Of a stretch of DNA of 64,000 bases, positions 30,858-40,273 are shown in pieces. The position numbers and the translations under genes were made by a program. Origin of the DNA: Candidatus Altiarchaeota archaeon (GTDB lineage: Archaea; Altiarchaeota; Altiarchaeia; IMC4; QMZM01); assembly GCA_038891095.1 (NCBI GenBank), contig JAWAEV010000003.1:1-64000 (forward strand), written 5' to 3'. Numbering within the stretch: the first letter of the stretch is position 1; each line of letters starts with the position of its first letter. The notes below the pieces were generated by a model. The model searched no databases, was not told the origin of the DNA, and saw only the letters and a list, made by a program, of their open reading frames with translations.

Positions 30858-32027
30858 TTATGTTCTTTCTGTTAAAATTTTGATTCCTTTTGGGTTTATA
30901 ATGGCTGCTTTACTCAATCCAATTATGTACTTTACTTTACTTTCTGCTGCACTATCAATAAGTCTTTGTGTTATTATACCATCAAAAGCGACATATGTTG
31001 GTTGTATATCCCTAAGGCTGTTAATTAAATCTTTCGTTTCAATCTCAGTTATAAGTTCCTTTTCGTCATCATATAATGCTGCCATAAATTTACCCTTTAC
31101 TGGTTTTAATAATTCTAACAAATTTTCTTCACTCTCATTAGTTCTACTTTCTATACTAAGTTCAATTTTCTCCTCTTCTTTTACATTTTCTAGTTTTTTA
31201 ATTTCTTGGTACTCTTTCATCTGAGTTAGTGGAACTTTCCTTCTCAATGCCATTATAATCTCCTTTTTTCCAAGTTCTTCAACTTCTTTTCCTTTTGGAG
31301 CTCTTGCTACATAGTCTATTTCAGCAACTTGTGCTAATTCCTTTAAAATAATCTCCCCACCACGATCACCATCTAAAAAGGCAATTGTTGTTTTTTCCTT
31401 TGAGAGTTCAGTTATTTCTTTTGGTATATTTGTACCGCCAATAGCAACAACATTTTTAATTCCTGCTTTCAACAAATTTAATACATCTGCTCTTCCTTCA
31501 ACAAGTATCACAGATTCAACATTTTCTATATCCGGACCAGCAGGTAAGCCTTTATATATTGAAATTTCTGATAATTGCACAGATTTTTTAACTTCTTCAG
31601 ATAGTTTTTCACTTTCTGGAATTTCTTCTTCAAGCATCTTCTTTAATAACTCTTTAGCTCTTTCGACTATCTGCTTCCTTTTTGCAACTCTAGCATCCTC
31701 TATTTTATTGACTGTAATTTTAGCATTACATGGGCCTACACGATCAACACTTTCAATAGCCGCAGCAATAATTGATGTTTCAACCATATCCAAACTTGAT
31801 GGCACAATAATTGTTCCACTTGATTTTCCAACTTTTGCTTCTAATTCAACTTCAATTCTACCAACTCTTCCTGTCTTTTGCAATTCTCTAAGTTCTAAAT
31901 CCTCACCTAATAAACCTTCAGATTGACCAAATATGGCACCAACCACATCTGGCTTTTCAACTATTCCGTCAACCACTATATTTGCATAAATATTGTACTT
32001 TATAGTATCTGCTGGCGCTTTTGCCAT
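30858..32027 (-). CDS. dnaG: Archaeal DnaG (TOPRIM; exosome-associated)
   Basis: [50 protein letters not shown] at 32027 with a GAGGTGA Shine-Dalgarno. Confidence 0.95.
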   Translation of the reverse strand: MAKAPADTIKYNIYANIVVDGIVEKPDVVGAIFGQSEGLLGEDLELRELQKTGRVGRIEVELEAKVGKSSGTIIVPSSLDMVETSIIAAAIESVDRVGPCNAKITVNKIEDARVAKRKQIVERAKELLKKMLEEEIPESEKLSEEVKKSVQLSEISIYKGLPAGPDIENVESVILVEGRADVLNLLKAGIKNVVAIGGTNIPKEITELSKEKTTIAFLDGDRGGEIILKELAQVAEIDYVARAPKGKEVEELGKKEIIMALRRKVPLTQMKEYQEIKKLENVKEEEKIELSIESRTNESEENLLELLKPVKGKFMAALYDDEKELITEIETKDLINSLRDIQPTYVAFDGIITQRLIDSAAESKVKYIIGLSKAAIINPKGIKILTERT

Positions 32028-32047
32028 TTTAATCACCTCAAAATTTA

Positions 32048-32168
32048 GAAATAACAAAAATCAACACATCAGTCAAGATAACTAAAACTTACAAAATTTG
32101 AAGTAATACCCAAATCTAAAATACGAACATGATATGATTCTTGACGATGAGATTGATTTTGTTATTTC
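32048..32168 (-). other. Long imperfect hairpin in dnaG 5' region
   Basis: Arm 32048-32078 GAAATAACAAAAATCAACACATCAGTCAAGA pairs with 32139-32168 TCTTGACGATGAGATTGATTTTGTTATTTC. Confidence 0.7.
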
Positions 32169-32221
32169 AATAATATTCTTAAATTGAATGTTAATAAATC
32201 AAATAGAAATTTATATAAAAA

Positions 32222-32234
32222 TGTAGTGCCTAAC
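32222..32234 (+). repeat. Dispersed 13-bp repeat TGTAGTGCCTAAC, copy 4
   Basis: Exact copy between the Zn-finger gene end and the putative dnaG TATA box (TTTATATAAAAA just left of it). Confidence 0.9.
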
Positions 32235-32279
32235 TCTAATTAAATAAAACTCACATTAGTTAAAAACCAATGTCATATA

Positions 32280-32435
32280 TTATGGCCCAATAAAACCACA
32301 TTCATTGCATTTATACTTAACACCTAAAATTCTACATGAGTTGCATCTTATAAAATTTGTTTTTCCACAATTAGGGCATTTGAACTCAACATAATTTTTT
32401 ACAATTCCTTTACCACATGTTGAACAATTTATCAT
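32280..32435 (-). CDS. DUF1610/HVO_2753-like zinc-ribbon small protein, 51 aa (absent from ORF track)
   Basis: MINCSTCGKGIVKNYVEFKCPNCGKTNFIRCNSCRILGVKYKCNECGFIGP; four CxxC and a terminal GF.GP. Confidence 0.9.
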   Translation of the reverse strand: MINCSTCGKGIVKNYVEFKCPNCGKTNFIRCNSCRILGVKYKCNECGFIGP

Positions 32436-32505
32436 TTTATATGAATAAGGAATATATAGCTTTTAGTATTTAAATTAGATATACCATTAGGCTAATAAAT
32501 GAAAA

Positions 32506-33027
32506 ATGACAGAAATTATAATAAAGAAAGGTAATATAATCCAAGAAAGAGTTGATGCAATTGTTAATCCTGCAAATTCCTATGGCTTTATGTCTGGAGG
32601 AGTCGCTTATGTTATAAAAAATTTTGGAGGTAAAGAAATCGAAGAGGAAGCTATCAAAAAAGCACCAATAAAAATTGGCGATGCAATTATAACAACTGCA
32701 GGAAAGCTTCAAGCAAAATTTATAATTCATGCTCCAACGATGGAAAAACCTGCAATGAAAACTTTAGTTGAAAATGTCATAAAAGCTACTTATGCTGCAT
32801 TAAAATGCGCTGATAAGAATAAATTAAATTCGATTGCATTTCCAGGCATGGGTACTGGTGTTGGTTGTGTTAGAGCTGAAGATGCAGCTATAGCAATGAT
32901 ATCAACAATAAGAAAATTTCTAAAAGAAAGAAAAGACACGACTTTGAAGAGAATTTTACTAATTGCCTATGAAAATAAATTATTTAATGAATTTGAAAAA
33001 GCATTAAGGAAAAATGAAGCAAATTGA
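32506..33027 (+). CDS. Macro domain (ADP-ribose-binding) protein
   Basis: DAIVNPANS, GGVA, TTAGKL.AKFIIHAPTM, SIAFPGMGTGVG. Confidence 0.93.
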   Translation: MTEIIIKKGNIIQERVDAIVNPANSYGFMSGGVAYVIKNFGGKEIEEEAIKKAPIKIGDAIITTAGKLQAKFIIHAPTMEKPAMKTLVENVIKATYAALKCADKNKLNSIAFPGMGTGVGCVRAEDAAIAMISTIRKFLKERKDTTLKRILLIAYENKLFNEFEKALRKNEAN

Positions 33028-34324
33028 AAACATAATTGAGCCAGGGAATATTGTTGAAGTTAAAACAAAAGATAGCATATACAAGGGTATAATAATGGAA
33101 AGACCAAAATTAGCTGAAGATAGTTTTTTAGTAATAAAATTAGAAAATGGTTATGATATTGGTCTAAGGAAAGAAGAAATTGAAGAAATAAAACTAATTG
33201 GTAAAGTTGTAAAAAAGGAAAAAAAGAAAAAAATTGAAATTACTGAGTCAGATTCTAAAAATATAAGAGTTGCAATAATATCTACAGGAGGTACAATTTC
33301 TTCAAGAGTTGACTACTATACAGGTGGAGTTTATGCAAGTTTCTCAGCAGAAGAACTTCTTGAAAGTTATCCTGAGCTAAGAAATTTTGCAAATATAAAA
33401 ACAATTGATTTAATGCGAGTAATGTCAGAAGATATGAATCCAAAACTATGGATAAAGATAGCAGAAGCAGTTACAAATGAGTTGAGTTCAGATGATATAA
33501 AAGGAGTTGTAATTGCGCATGGTACTGATACAATGCACTATACATCAGCAGCACTTTCTTTTATGCTTCAAGATATAGGCAAGCCAATTGCTCTTACTGG
33601 TAGCCAAAGATCTCCTGATAGAGGTTCAGCAGACGCATTCATAAATTTGCTTTGTAGTGTTATATGGGCTTCAAGTAAATATTCTAATGTAGCAGTTGTG
33701 ATGCACGGTTCTATGGAAGATACTTTTTGTTTTGCTCACTTAGGAACAAAAGTCAGAAAAATGCACACATCAGCAAGAGATGCATTTCAATCAATAAATA
33801 CTAAACCACTTGCTAAAATTTTTCCTAATGGGAAAATTGAAGAAATTAGCGAAGATATAAAAAAGCGCTCTGATACAAAAATAAAATTAATGAAAGAAAT
33901 TGAAGAAAGAGTTGCTTTAATAAAAATTTATCCCGGGATAGACCCAGAAATAGTTAATTTCTATATAGAAAAAAAATTTAAAGGTATAGTCTTTGAAGGT
34001 ACTGGCTTAGGACATTTACCAACAATATTTAAAGAGAAAAGTTTTTTAGAATATATCAAAAAGGCAGTTGATTCTGGAATGAGCATAGCAATGACTTCAC
34101 AATGTATTTATGGTAGAGTGAACCCCTATGTTTACACCAATCTAAGAAAATTAAGTTCCATAGGTGTTATCTACTGTGAAGATATGCTTCCAGAAACGGC
34201 TTATGTAAAATTAATGTGGGTTCTCGGCCAAACAAAAGAGCAAGGGAAAGTCAAAGATTTAATGCTAAAAAATTTTGCAGGAGAAATTTCTGAAAGGAGT
34301 GTCATCAATAAAAAAGTTAGTTGA
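33014..34324 (+). CDS. gatD: Glu-tRNA(Gln) amidotransferase subunit D
   Basis: IKLENGY.IG N-domain, STGGTISSRVDY.TG, HGTDTM, GSQRS.DR. Confidence 0.95.
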   Translation: MKQIENIIEPGNIVEVKTKDSIYKGIIMERPKLAEDSFLVIKLENGYDIGLRKEEIEEIKLIGKVVKKEKKKKIEITESDSKNIRVAIISTGGTISSRVDYYTGGVYASFSAEELLESYPELRNFANIKTIDLMRVMSEDMNPKLWIKIAEAVTNELSSDDIKGVVIAHGTDTMHYTSAALSFMLQDIGKPIALTGSQRSPDRGSADAFINLLCSVIWASSKYSNVAVVMHGSMEDTFCFAHLGTKVRKMHTSARDAFQSINTKPLAKIFPNGKIEEISEDIKKRSDTKIKLMKEIEERVALIKIYPGIDPEIVNFYIEKKFKGIVFEGTGLGHLPTIFKEKSFLEYIKKAVDSGMSIAMTSQCIYGRVNPYVYTNLRKLSSIGVIYCEDMLPETAYVKLMWVLGQTKEQGKVKDLMLKNFAGEISERSVINKKVS

Positions 34325-34374
34325 TACTCTCCCAGTGAATCTAAAAATATAGAGCAGTCTTAAGAATCATAAAT

Positions 34375-35076
34375 TCAAACTGAAAATTCAATTTCTTTTT
34401 GCGTTTTACCAAAATCTGTTTCTATAATCCTTCTTATTATACCTTCCCTTTTTGCTTTAATTCTTGCTTCTTTGAAATTATCTTTAAGGCCTTCTGGCAC
34501 AATGAGTTTTTTTATAAAATAAATATGAGAAATTTTAACCTTATTAAATTTATCAAAACTCTCGACATCAAATGCTATTTCTTCAGAAACTTTACTTTGA
34601 GCATTGATCCCAAGCGTAGCATTAAAAAAATTTTCATCAAATTTTCCAGGTTTTGGTAAATTCTTTTTTGTTTTCATGGAAAATTCTTTATTATCAGATT
34701 TTAAATCAAAAAGAAAATAAGCATCAAAAAAGTTATCATAAAGTTTTAAGAGGTCATCTTTTAAATAAGAACCTTTGATTTCATAGCATTGGAGCCTAGA
34801 TTTTTTTACTTTTATTATATCAACAATTTCTCTCAGACTTTTTTCTATATCTGCCTTTGAGATAATCTTTCCAGAGCATTTGCATTGGTTTGAAAATTCT
34901 GAAATTATTCTACCAACAATATTAACATAGTCAACACTTCCACTAAGCTTTATCTTCTTATTATCTTTTTCTATGAGAATAACTGGTCCAGGAAATTCTC
35001 CTCTCCCATATCTTATAAATTTTTCATGGATACTCGCATTAAATTCCTTAAGAAAAATTGCTTTTATAAAGTGCAT
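34375..35076 (-). CDS. Conserved hypothetical protein downstream of topo VI
   Basis: 233-aa ORF coupled to top6A; no motif recognised. Confidence 0.7.
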   Translation of the reverse strand: MHFIKAIFLKEFNASIHEKFIRYGRGEFPGPVILIEKDNKKIKLSGSVDYVNIVGRIISEFSNQCKCSGKIISKADIEKSLREIVDIIKVKKSRLQCYEIKGSYLKDDLLKLYDNFFDAYFLFDLKSDNKEFSMKTKKNLPKPGKFDENFFNATLGINAQSKVSEEIAFDVESFDKFNKVKISHIYFIKKLIVPEGLKDNFKEARIKAKREGIIRRIIETDFGKTQKEIEFSV

Positions 35077-35079
35077 TTT

Positions 35080-36168
35080 TTATGGCAACAAATCGCCAGC
35101 TTTGATTTTCTCTGGTAAGTATTTCTCAGAAACGAATTCTAATGACTTAGAAGCTAGAGCTTGTTGTTCAATTCTAACACCTTTTTCTTGCATTAACTTC
35201 AATTCTTTTTTCCATTCTTTGCTCTGAAACCAAGGATATTGCAACAATTCATTAATTCTTTTTTTATCAACATCCTTAAGTTTCTCAGTAACTTTTTCTA
35301 AGCCATATCTATCAATATCAGTCATTGTCATCCCAACAAATTTCATTCCTGGAGTACCAAGCCTCTTAGATTCATGTGCTAAAGCCATTGAACCAGCTTT
35401 CATTACAGAGTAGATATAAAAACCCCAAGGATCGCCATCTGTGAACATTATAACAGGTAATTTTAATTCATTATGCATTCTGTGCACAAGTCTCCTACAA
35501 CCTCTTGCAGCTTGCCCTTTTGTTGCAACCATAATACAATTATTCTTGAGATGATATTTTTCTTCAACGAGCCTGTCAAACATTGCACCAGTTTCTATAA
35601 CTAAAATGTAGTCAGCTTCAACTTCCTTGAATTTATATTGTTCTACAATCGAAGGTATTGCTAAACCTGATCTGCCAAGTTTTGAGCAATCAATTCTATC
35701 ACCAGAATCTTCAATTACGATCTTCCCTATAAGTGTTCCCTTATCATCTGCTTTTAAATGAAGTTCCTCTCTTAAAACTGAGAGCATTGTCTCTAAATCA
35801 ACAATTAGCGGATCGCTTTCACTTTGGTCTTCAAATGTATTCTCTTTTGTGTCAGCAATTGTGTGTTTTAATTGATAATAAAGTTCTCTTATTGATGCTG
35901 TTTTATCTCTTGATATAAGCTCTTTGCATTTGTTTGCAATTAAGATAGTCTGCATAAATTTCTTTGAGTGCGCAACATTTAGAAATGACCTAACAGATTT
36001 TTTATCACCAAGTTCAAGAATATTTTTCTCTTTATTAAAATGAACATTACTAAAACTTCTAACAGGAACATGCATCTTTGGGCTTTCATGCTTCTCTATA
36101 TTCTCCCTTATATCCTTAGCTAAATTTAATATACTCTCTATTACTTCTTTACTTCTTTCATTTTTCAT
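35080..36168 (-). CDS. top6A: DNA topoisomerase VI subunit A
   Basis: SIRELYY, F.DQSESD, TKGQ..R..R, FTDGDPWG, EQQAL. Confidence 0.96.
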   Translation of the reverse strand: MKNERSKEVIESILNLAKDIRENIEKHESPKMHVPVRSFSNVHFNKEKNILELGDKKSVRSFLNVAHSKKFMQTILIANKCKELISRDKTASIRELYYQLKHTIADTKENTFEDQSESDPLIVDLETMLSVLREELHLKADDKGTLIGKIVIEDSGDRIDCSKLGRSGLAIPSIVEQYKFKEVEADYILVIETGAMFDRLVEEKYHLKNNCIMVATKGQAARGCRRLVHRMHNELKLPVIMFTDGDPWGFYIYSVMKAGSMALAHESKRLGTPGMKFVGMTMTDIDRYGLEKVTEKLKDVDKKRINELLQYPWFQSKEWKKELKLMQEKGVRIEQQALASKSLEFVSEKYLPEKIKAGDLLP

Positions 36169-37847
36169 TCTTCCAATACCCCCTCATCAACTTTTTCATA
36201 TTCAACTTCTTCAGAGTCATATTCGTCCTCAAGCGGTAATTCTTCCTCAGATTTGGCTTCTTCTTCAGTTTCAAGAGCTTCTTCAAGTTTTAATTTTTCC
36301 TCAATTAATTTTTCTAATTCTGAAAGAAGTTTCTTTTCATCTGAGTTTGTAATTGATGCAATCGCATAAGCAAGTTCTGTGCTATATTTCATTAAAATTT
36401 GTTTTTTTGCTTCTTTTTCAAATGCTCTTCTCTTTCTTGAATAGAAAATCTGAAATTTTCTTCCTACATCCATTAATGCAGCTCTTAGTTCTTTAAGTAT
36501 CTCTCTATCCTCTGCAATAGATTGTTTTCCTGCTGATGTATATGGCACATAAGTTGACACAATGTTAATAAATATCGTAATCGGAGAATTTTCAAAGTCT
36601 TTTATACCATATCTTTTCCAATCTATTGAATTTACAGCCTTTGTTATCACACAACCACCAGCATCAAATAGCAAAGGAGCCCTGTTTGCAAATCTCATTA
36701 TCTCACTTTTTCTTCCAGTTTCACTTTCATTTGATGCTTTACCAGCATGGCCGCCATAGGCAATTGCAACCTCAACTTGAAATGCAACTCCTCCTGAATG
36801 AGTTTTTGGCGGTCTTGTAATAACTGCCTCAAACTCAGGATCAAGGATATTAAGTAAAGAGTTCCTTATATGTTCTTCATCAATTGTTATCAAGCCTTCA
36901 GTTGGTGGGGCTAAAAATTTAATCTTCTTGAATGCATTCACTATTTCTTCACATTCTTGCCATGTTAATCTTTGAGGACTTTTGTTTAGGTCAAAACTAA
37001 CAAGGCTTTGCACTTCTCTTACTTTTGCATTTGAAATTCTTGAGAATGAGTTAACTAAGAATGACGAAACTCTTCTCGCGTTTGTTCTCTTAGCCATGTT
37101 TATTAGATCGTCAACGCCAATACCATTAGGGTGCGGTTTAACATCAATAGGTGTTTTTGGAATTTTATCTGAAGATCTCTCAAAAACTGTTTTTCTACCT
37201 TCAGGATCAATAAAGGTTATTCTAGCATGAGGATTTGCTAATGCCGTCCTTCTCAAATATTCGAAAGGACCATTTTCAGTAAGTTTAAATTTTACCCCCT
37301 TTACTTCACCTTGAATTTCTGTCCCACGCCAATATTGAGAAAACTCATTCTGTGAAACTATTTCTGGTTTATTCTTTGTTACATCTATCATAATCTCAAA
37401 TTCATGAACTTTTCCATTACCTGTAGAAGTTCTAACAAATAATGGTTTACCAGTTGTAATTTGTGAGAATAATGTCACTCCAGAAACACCAATTCCTTGT
37501 TGGCCTCTTAATTGTATATTCCTATGAAATTTAGTTCCTGCCAACATCTTACCAAAGACATCTGCAATGTGTTTCATTGGAATTCCTGGACCATTGTCTT
37601 TCCCAATAAATTTATAGTGCTCTTCACCAAGCTCTTTAATTTCAAATTCAATATCTGGCAAAATTCCTGCTTCTTCGGCTGCATCTAAGGAATTTGTTAC
37701 GATTTCATGAACAATTGTAGTTAATGATCTTACTTGGCCAGAATAGCCAAGATGTGCCTTATTCTTTCTAAAAAATTCAGTTATTGAAACCTCTTTGAAT
37801 TCTCTGAATAGTTCATCAGCTGTTTTTTCTTTTAGTGCAACTTCCAT
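36165..37847 (-). CDS. top6B: DNA topoisomerase VI subunit B
   Basis: EFFRKN, HEIVTNSLDA.E, DNGPGI, RGQQGIG, RFANR.PLL; acidic tail. Confidence 0.96.
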   Translation of the reverse strand: MEVALKEKTADELFREFKEVSITEFFRKNKAHLGYSGQVRSLTTIVHEIVTNSLDAAEEAGILPDIEFEIKELGEEHYKFIGKDNGPGIPMKHIADVFGKMLAGTKFHRNIQLRGQQGIGVSGVTLFSQITTGKPLFVRTSTGNGKVHEFEIMIDVTKNKPEIVSQNEFSQYWRGTEIQGEVKGVKFKLTENGPFEYLRRTALANPHARITFIDPEGRKTVFERSSDKIPKTPIDVKPHPNGIGVDDLINMAKRTNARRVSSFLVNSFSRISNAKVREVQSLVSFDLNKSPQRLTWQECEEIVNAFKKIKFLAPPTEGLITIDEEHIRNSLLNILDPEFEAVITRPPKTHSGGVAFQVEVAIAYGGHAGKASNESETGRKSEIMRFANRAPLLFDAGGCVITKAVNSIDWKRYGIKDFENSPITIFINIVSTYVPYTSAGKQSIAEDREILKELRAALMDVGRKFQIFYSRKRRAFEKEAKKQILMKYSTELAYAIASITNSDEKKLLSELEKLIEEKLKLEEALETEEEAKSEEELPLEDEYDSEEVEYEKVDEGVLEE

Positions 37848-37959
37848 TTTTGCTAAAAATACCAAGAACCAACCAATTCTCAGATATTAAAACAAAATTA
37901 CGTATCTCTGAGAACAAAAATTTCACATTAGATAATAATTAATACTCCAAATTAAAATA

Positions 37960-38472
37960 CTAAATTATAACTTCTCTTTTAAATCTCAATTTCTTTTCTA
38001 AAAATTTATAAACAGATCTATGAGAAGCACCATTTAGTAGCTTTATAATAGCCTCTTTTGCAATTTCTGCATCTTCATATCTTCCAATGATACTTATTGT
38101 TTTCCCATAGATTGAAATGTAAGTGTCTGTAGATTCTTCAATTTTCTCTCTTGCTCTTCCGTGTTCGCCTATAACACGGGCTTTTTTTCTTATCAGCTCT
38201 TTTTCAGTATTCGCGAAATCTTTTAACCTTATAATTTCAAAACTGTAATTTTCATCTAAAAGTTTTAGTGCTTTTTCAGGGCTAAAACCACGAGCAATAG
38301 CTTTAACAATATCCTTAGCAATCCACTCATCCATCGGTTGGCCTTCAATTGAAACCTCGCAATTATCTACTTTAATTTTAGTCCTTGTTTTTCTTTCAAT
38401 CTCTCTTTTTATAGAACCATTTTCTCCTAATAAAATCCCTACCCTTTCCTCTGGAATTTTTATGTATTGCAT
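37960..38472 (-). CDS. Dim2/Pno1-like KH-domain rRNA processing protein
   Basis: IPEERVG..G..G, KAIARGFSPE.A, ARVIG..G, IYGKTISIIG. Confidence 0.9.
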   Translation of the reverse strand: MQYIKIPEERVGILLGENGSIKREIERKTRTKIKVDNCEVSIEGQPMDEWIAKDIVKAIARGFSPEKALKLLDENYSFEIIRLKDFANTEKELIRKKARVIGEHGRAREKIEESTDTYISIYGKTISIIGRYEDAEIAKEAIIKLLNGASHRSVYKFLEKKLRFKREVII

Positions 38473-38521
38473 CTTTTAAGATTTTGTATTCTATAAAGAA
38501 ATTTAATTAATTAATGTTCTC

Positions 38522-39112
38522 CTAGCGTTTTAATTTTAAAATAATCAAGAAAACTAATATGATAAAAAACCCTAAACCTAGAATGGTTAAATATTTTTCT
38601 ATCTCTTTCATAGGTGTTATACAATCATGGGGACAATTTTGATAATTCTCGTTTTTATCGCAAATCCCATCTCCGCATTTCTCTAAAGAAAAATTTGAAA
38701 TGTCTATTGAAATAATCAGAGCACCGGTTTGATTATAAATGTTTATTTTTTTTCCATTTGAAAAGTAAGGGACGATTAGCGTGAAATTTACTTTTTCCAG
38801 CTCGATTACACCACCAGAGAGTTCTCCTGTTTTTTTATCTAAATAATCATAAAACCATTTCATAGGTAAATTAAATTTAAAAGAATACAACTCTTTATCA
38901 TCGAAAGATATTACTTCACATCTATAGCCCAAGTCAGGCTGTATTTTTCTCCCTGGCGGATAGCCACTTTTAACATACACATCATTAACTAAAGAAATAA
39001 CTCCTCTTTCGTATTTTAGATTTACAACATAAATTTTTCCAATATCTGCACCAACAAATGACAATATCACTAAAAACAAAATTAAATTTGTAATTATTTT
39101 TGTACTTTTCAT
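38522..39112 (-). CDS. Secreted, C-terminally anchored hypothetical protein with CGDGIC..E...CP.DC motif
   Basis: Signal peptide, beta-rich domain, Cys motif, C-terminal TM with basic tail. Confidence 0.75.
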   Translation of the reverse strand: MKSTKIITNLILFLVILSFVGADIGKIYVVNLKYERGVISLVNDVYVKSGYPPGRKIQPDLGYRCEVISFDDKELYSFKFNLPMKWFYDYLDKKTGELSGGVIELEKVNFTLIVPYFSNGKKINIYNQTGALIISIDISNFSLEKCGDGICDKNENYQNCPHDCITPMKEIEKYLTILGLGFFIILVFLIILKLKR

Positions 39113-39118
39113 TTTTAA

Positions 39119-40273
39119 TCAATTATAATTATTCAAAATCGAAATTATTTGTCTTTGGCATACTGGGCAGAAATGCCAAATAGAACGTGTTCTCATAAGA
39201 CAGTTATTCTCTGTTGCCCTATATAGATTTCTATAACTGCAAATGGGATAGCATCCAGTTCCAGGAGTTCCTACCCATTTTGAGCATGAAGGTTCAGTAT
39301 CACAATTTGCACCTGAGTAATACAAAGAACCCATTTCACCATAATCATACTCATCCATCAACAAGCCAATATGATGGCCACCGCATTCATGAATACTCAA
39401 CCAAGGATATGCATGAGATGAAACACAGTAAGGTGAAGATGACATACTTTCTCCACCTGCGCCAGCCCATTCATTACTTTTGAATAGCACAACTATGTTA
39501 TCGTGAGGACATTCAGATGCCAAGGTTATCACCTTAGCACTATTACAAAGAATTGACCTATCATATGCAAGGTGGCACTCAAGGTCCTCAAATTTATTTA
39601 CGTAATGTACGTTAATCTTATTCCTATAAGAGCTATAAGGTGCAGTGTTCAAGAGAGCATTCATATGTTCTTGTACCTTAGAAATAAAAATCCCTAATTC
39701 TGAGGAATCATAATCATCGCCAACAAAAACAATATCTAATTTATTTGAAGGATCACCATTATTTAAGATAGTAACGCAGTGAGTTGTAAAAATTGTAGTT
39801 GTTGAACTTAGGGGAGGAGTTGATGTAACTATTGTTGAGCTTGTTGATATAGGTGTGCTAGTTGTGGCATAACTTGTTGTAGTTGTTGACCAAGTCAATG
39901 CAGTTGTCCAAAGAATCGTAGTGGTTGTAGATTTTGGTGGTGGTGGGCAATTACATTTAAACTCCTTGACATCTCCGCCTTCAATCAGAAAATTTACTAA
40001 TGGGCAGGCAATTAAAATGAAAATCAATACAACTATAGCATATTTGATTCTTTTTTTCGCTTCTTCTCTTTCATACATATCCTCGTTTGTAAACAGTTTA
40101 ACTCCAGAGAGAATAATTATCAAGGCAACAATTCCAGCAATAATGAACATAATCAAGCAATAACATACAAGAATCCAATAATTCAAATGCGAAGAAATTT
40201 TTTCTTCAGGACTTTGAGCAAAAGCTAAACTTGAAATTACAAAGATAAATAAAATTAAATTTTTATTTTCCAT
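39119..40273 (-). CDS. Pilin-like (TrbC/VirB2-type) membrane domain + Thr-rich linker + M64-family metallopeptidase
   Basis: Two-TM module with EREEAKKRIKYAIV, poly-Thr linker, NKLDIVFVGD, HECGGH..LMDEY, CLMR..FCPVC. Confidence 0.75.
   Translation of the reverse strand: MENKNLILFIFVISSLAFAQSPEEKISSHLNYWILVCYCLIMFIIAGIVALIIILSGVKLFTNEDMYEREEAKKRIKYAIVVLIFILIACPLVNFLIEGGDVKEFKCNCPPPPKSTTTTILWTTALTWSTTTTSYATTSTPISTSSTIVTSTPPLSSTTTIFTTHCVTILNNGDPSNKLDIVFVGDDYDSSELGIFISKVQEHMNALLNTAPYSSYRNKINVHYVNKFEDLECHLAYDRSILCNSAKVITLASECPHDNIVVLFKSNEWAGAGGESMSSSPYCVSSHAYPWLSIHECGGHHIGLLMDEYDYGEMGSLYYSGANCDTEPSCSKWVGTPGTGCYPICSYRNLYRATENNCLMRTRSIWHFCPVCQRQIISILNNYN

Noticed and set aside
3083-32234. Calling the 13-bp repeats attC sites or CRISPR repeats
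   Set aside because: There is no paired R'/L boxes hairpin, no cassette array and no integrase. The copies are too short and irregularly spaced for CRISPR.
37877-37914. TTCTCAGA/TCTGAGAA inverted repeat upstream of top6B
   Set aside because: 8-bp arms with a 22-bp spacer, seen once; too weak to call.
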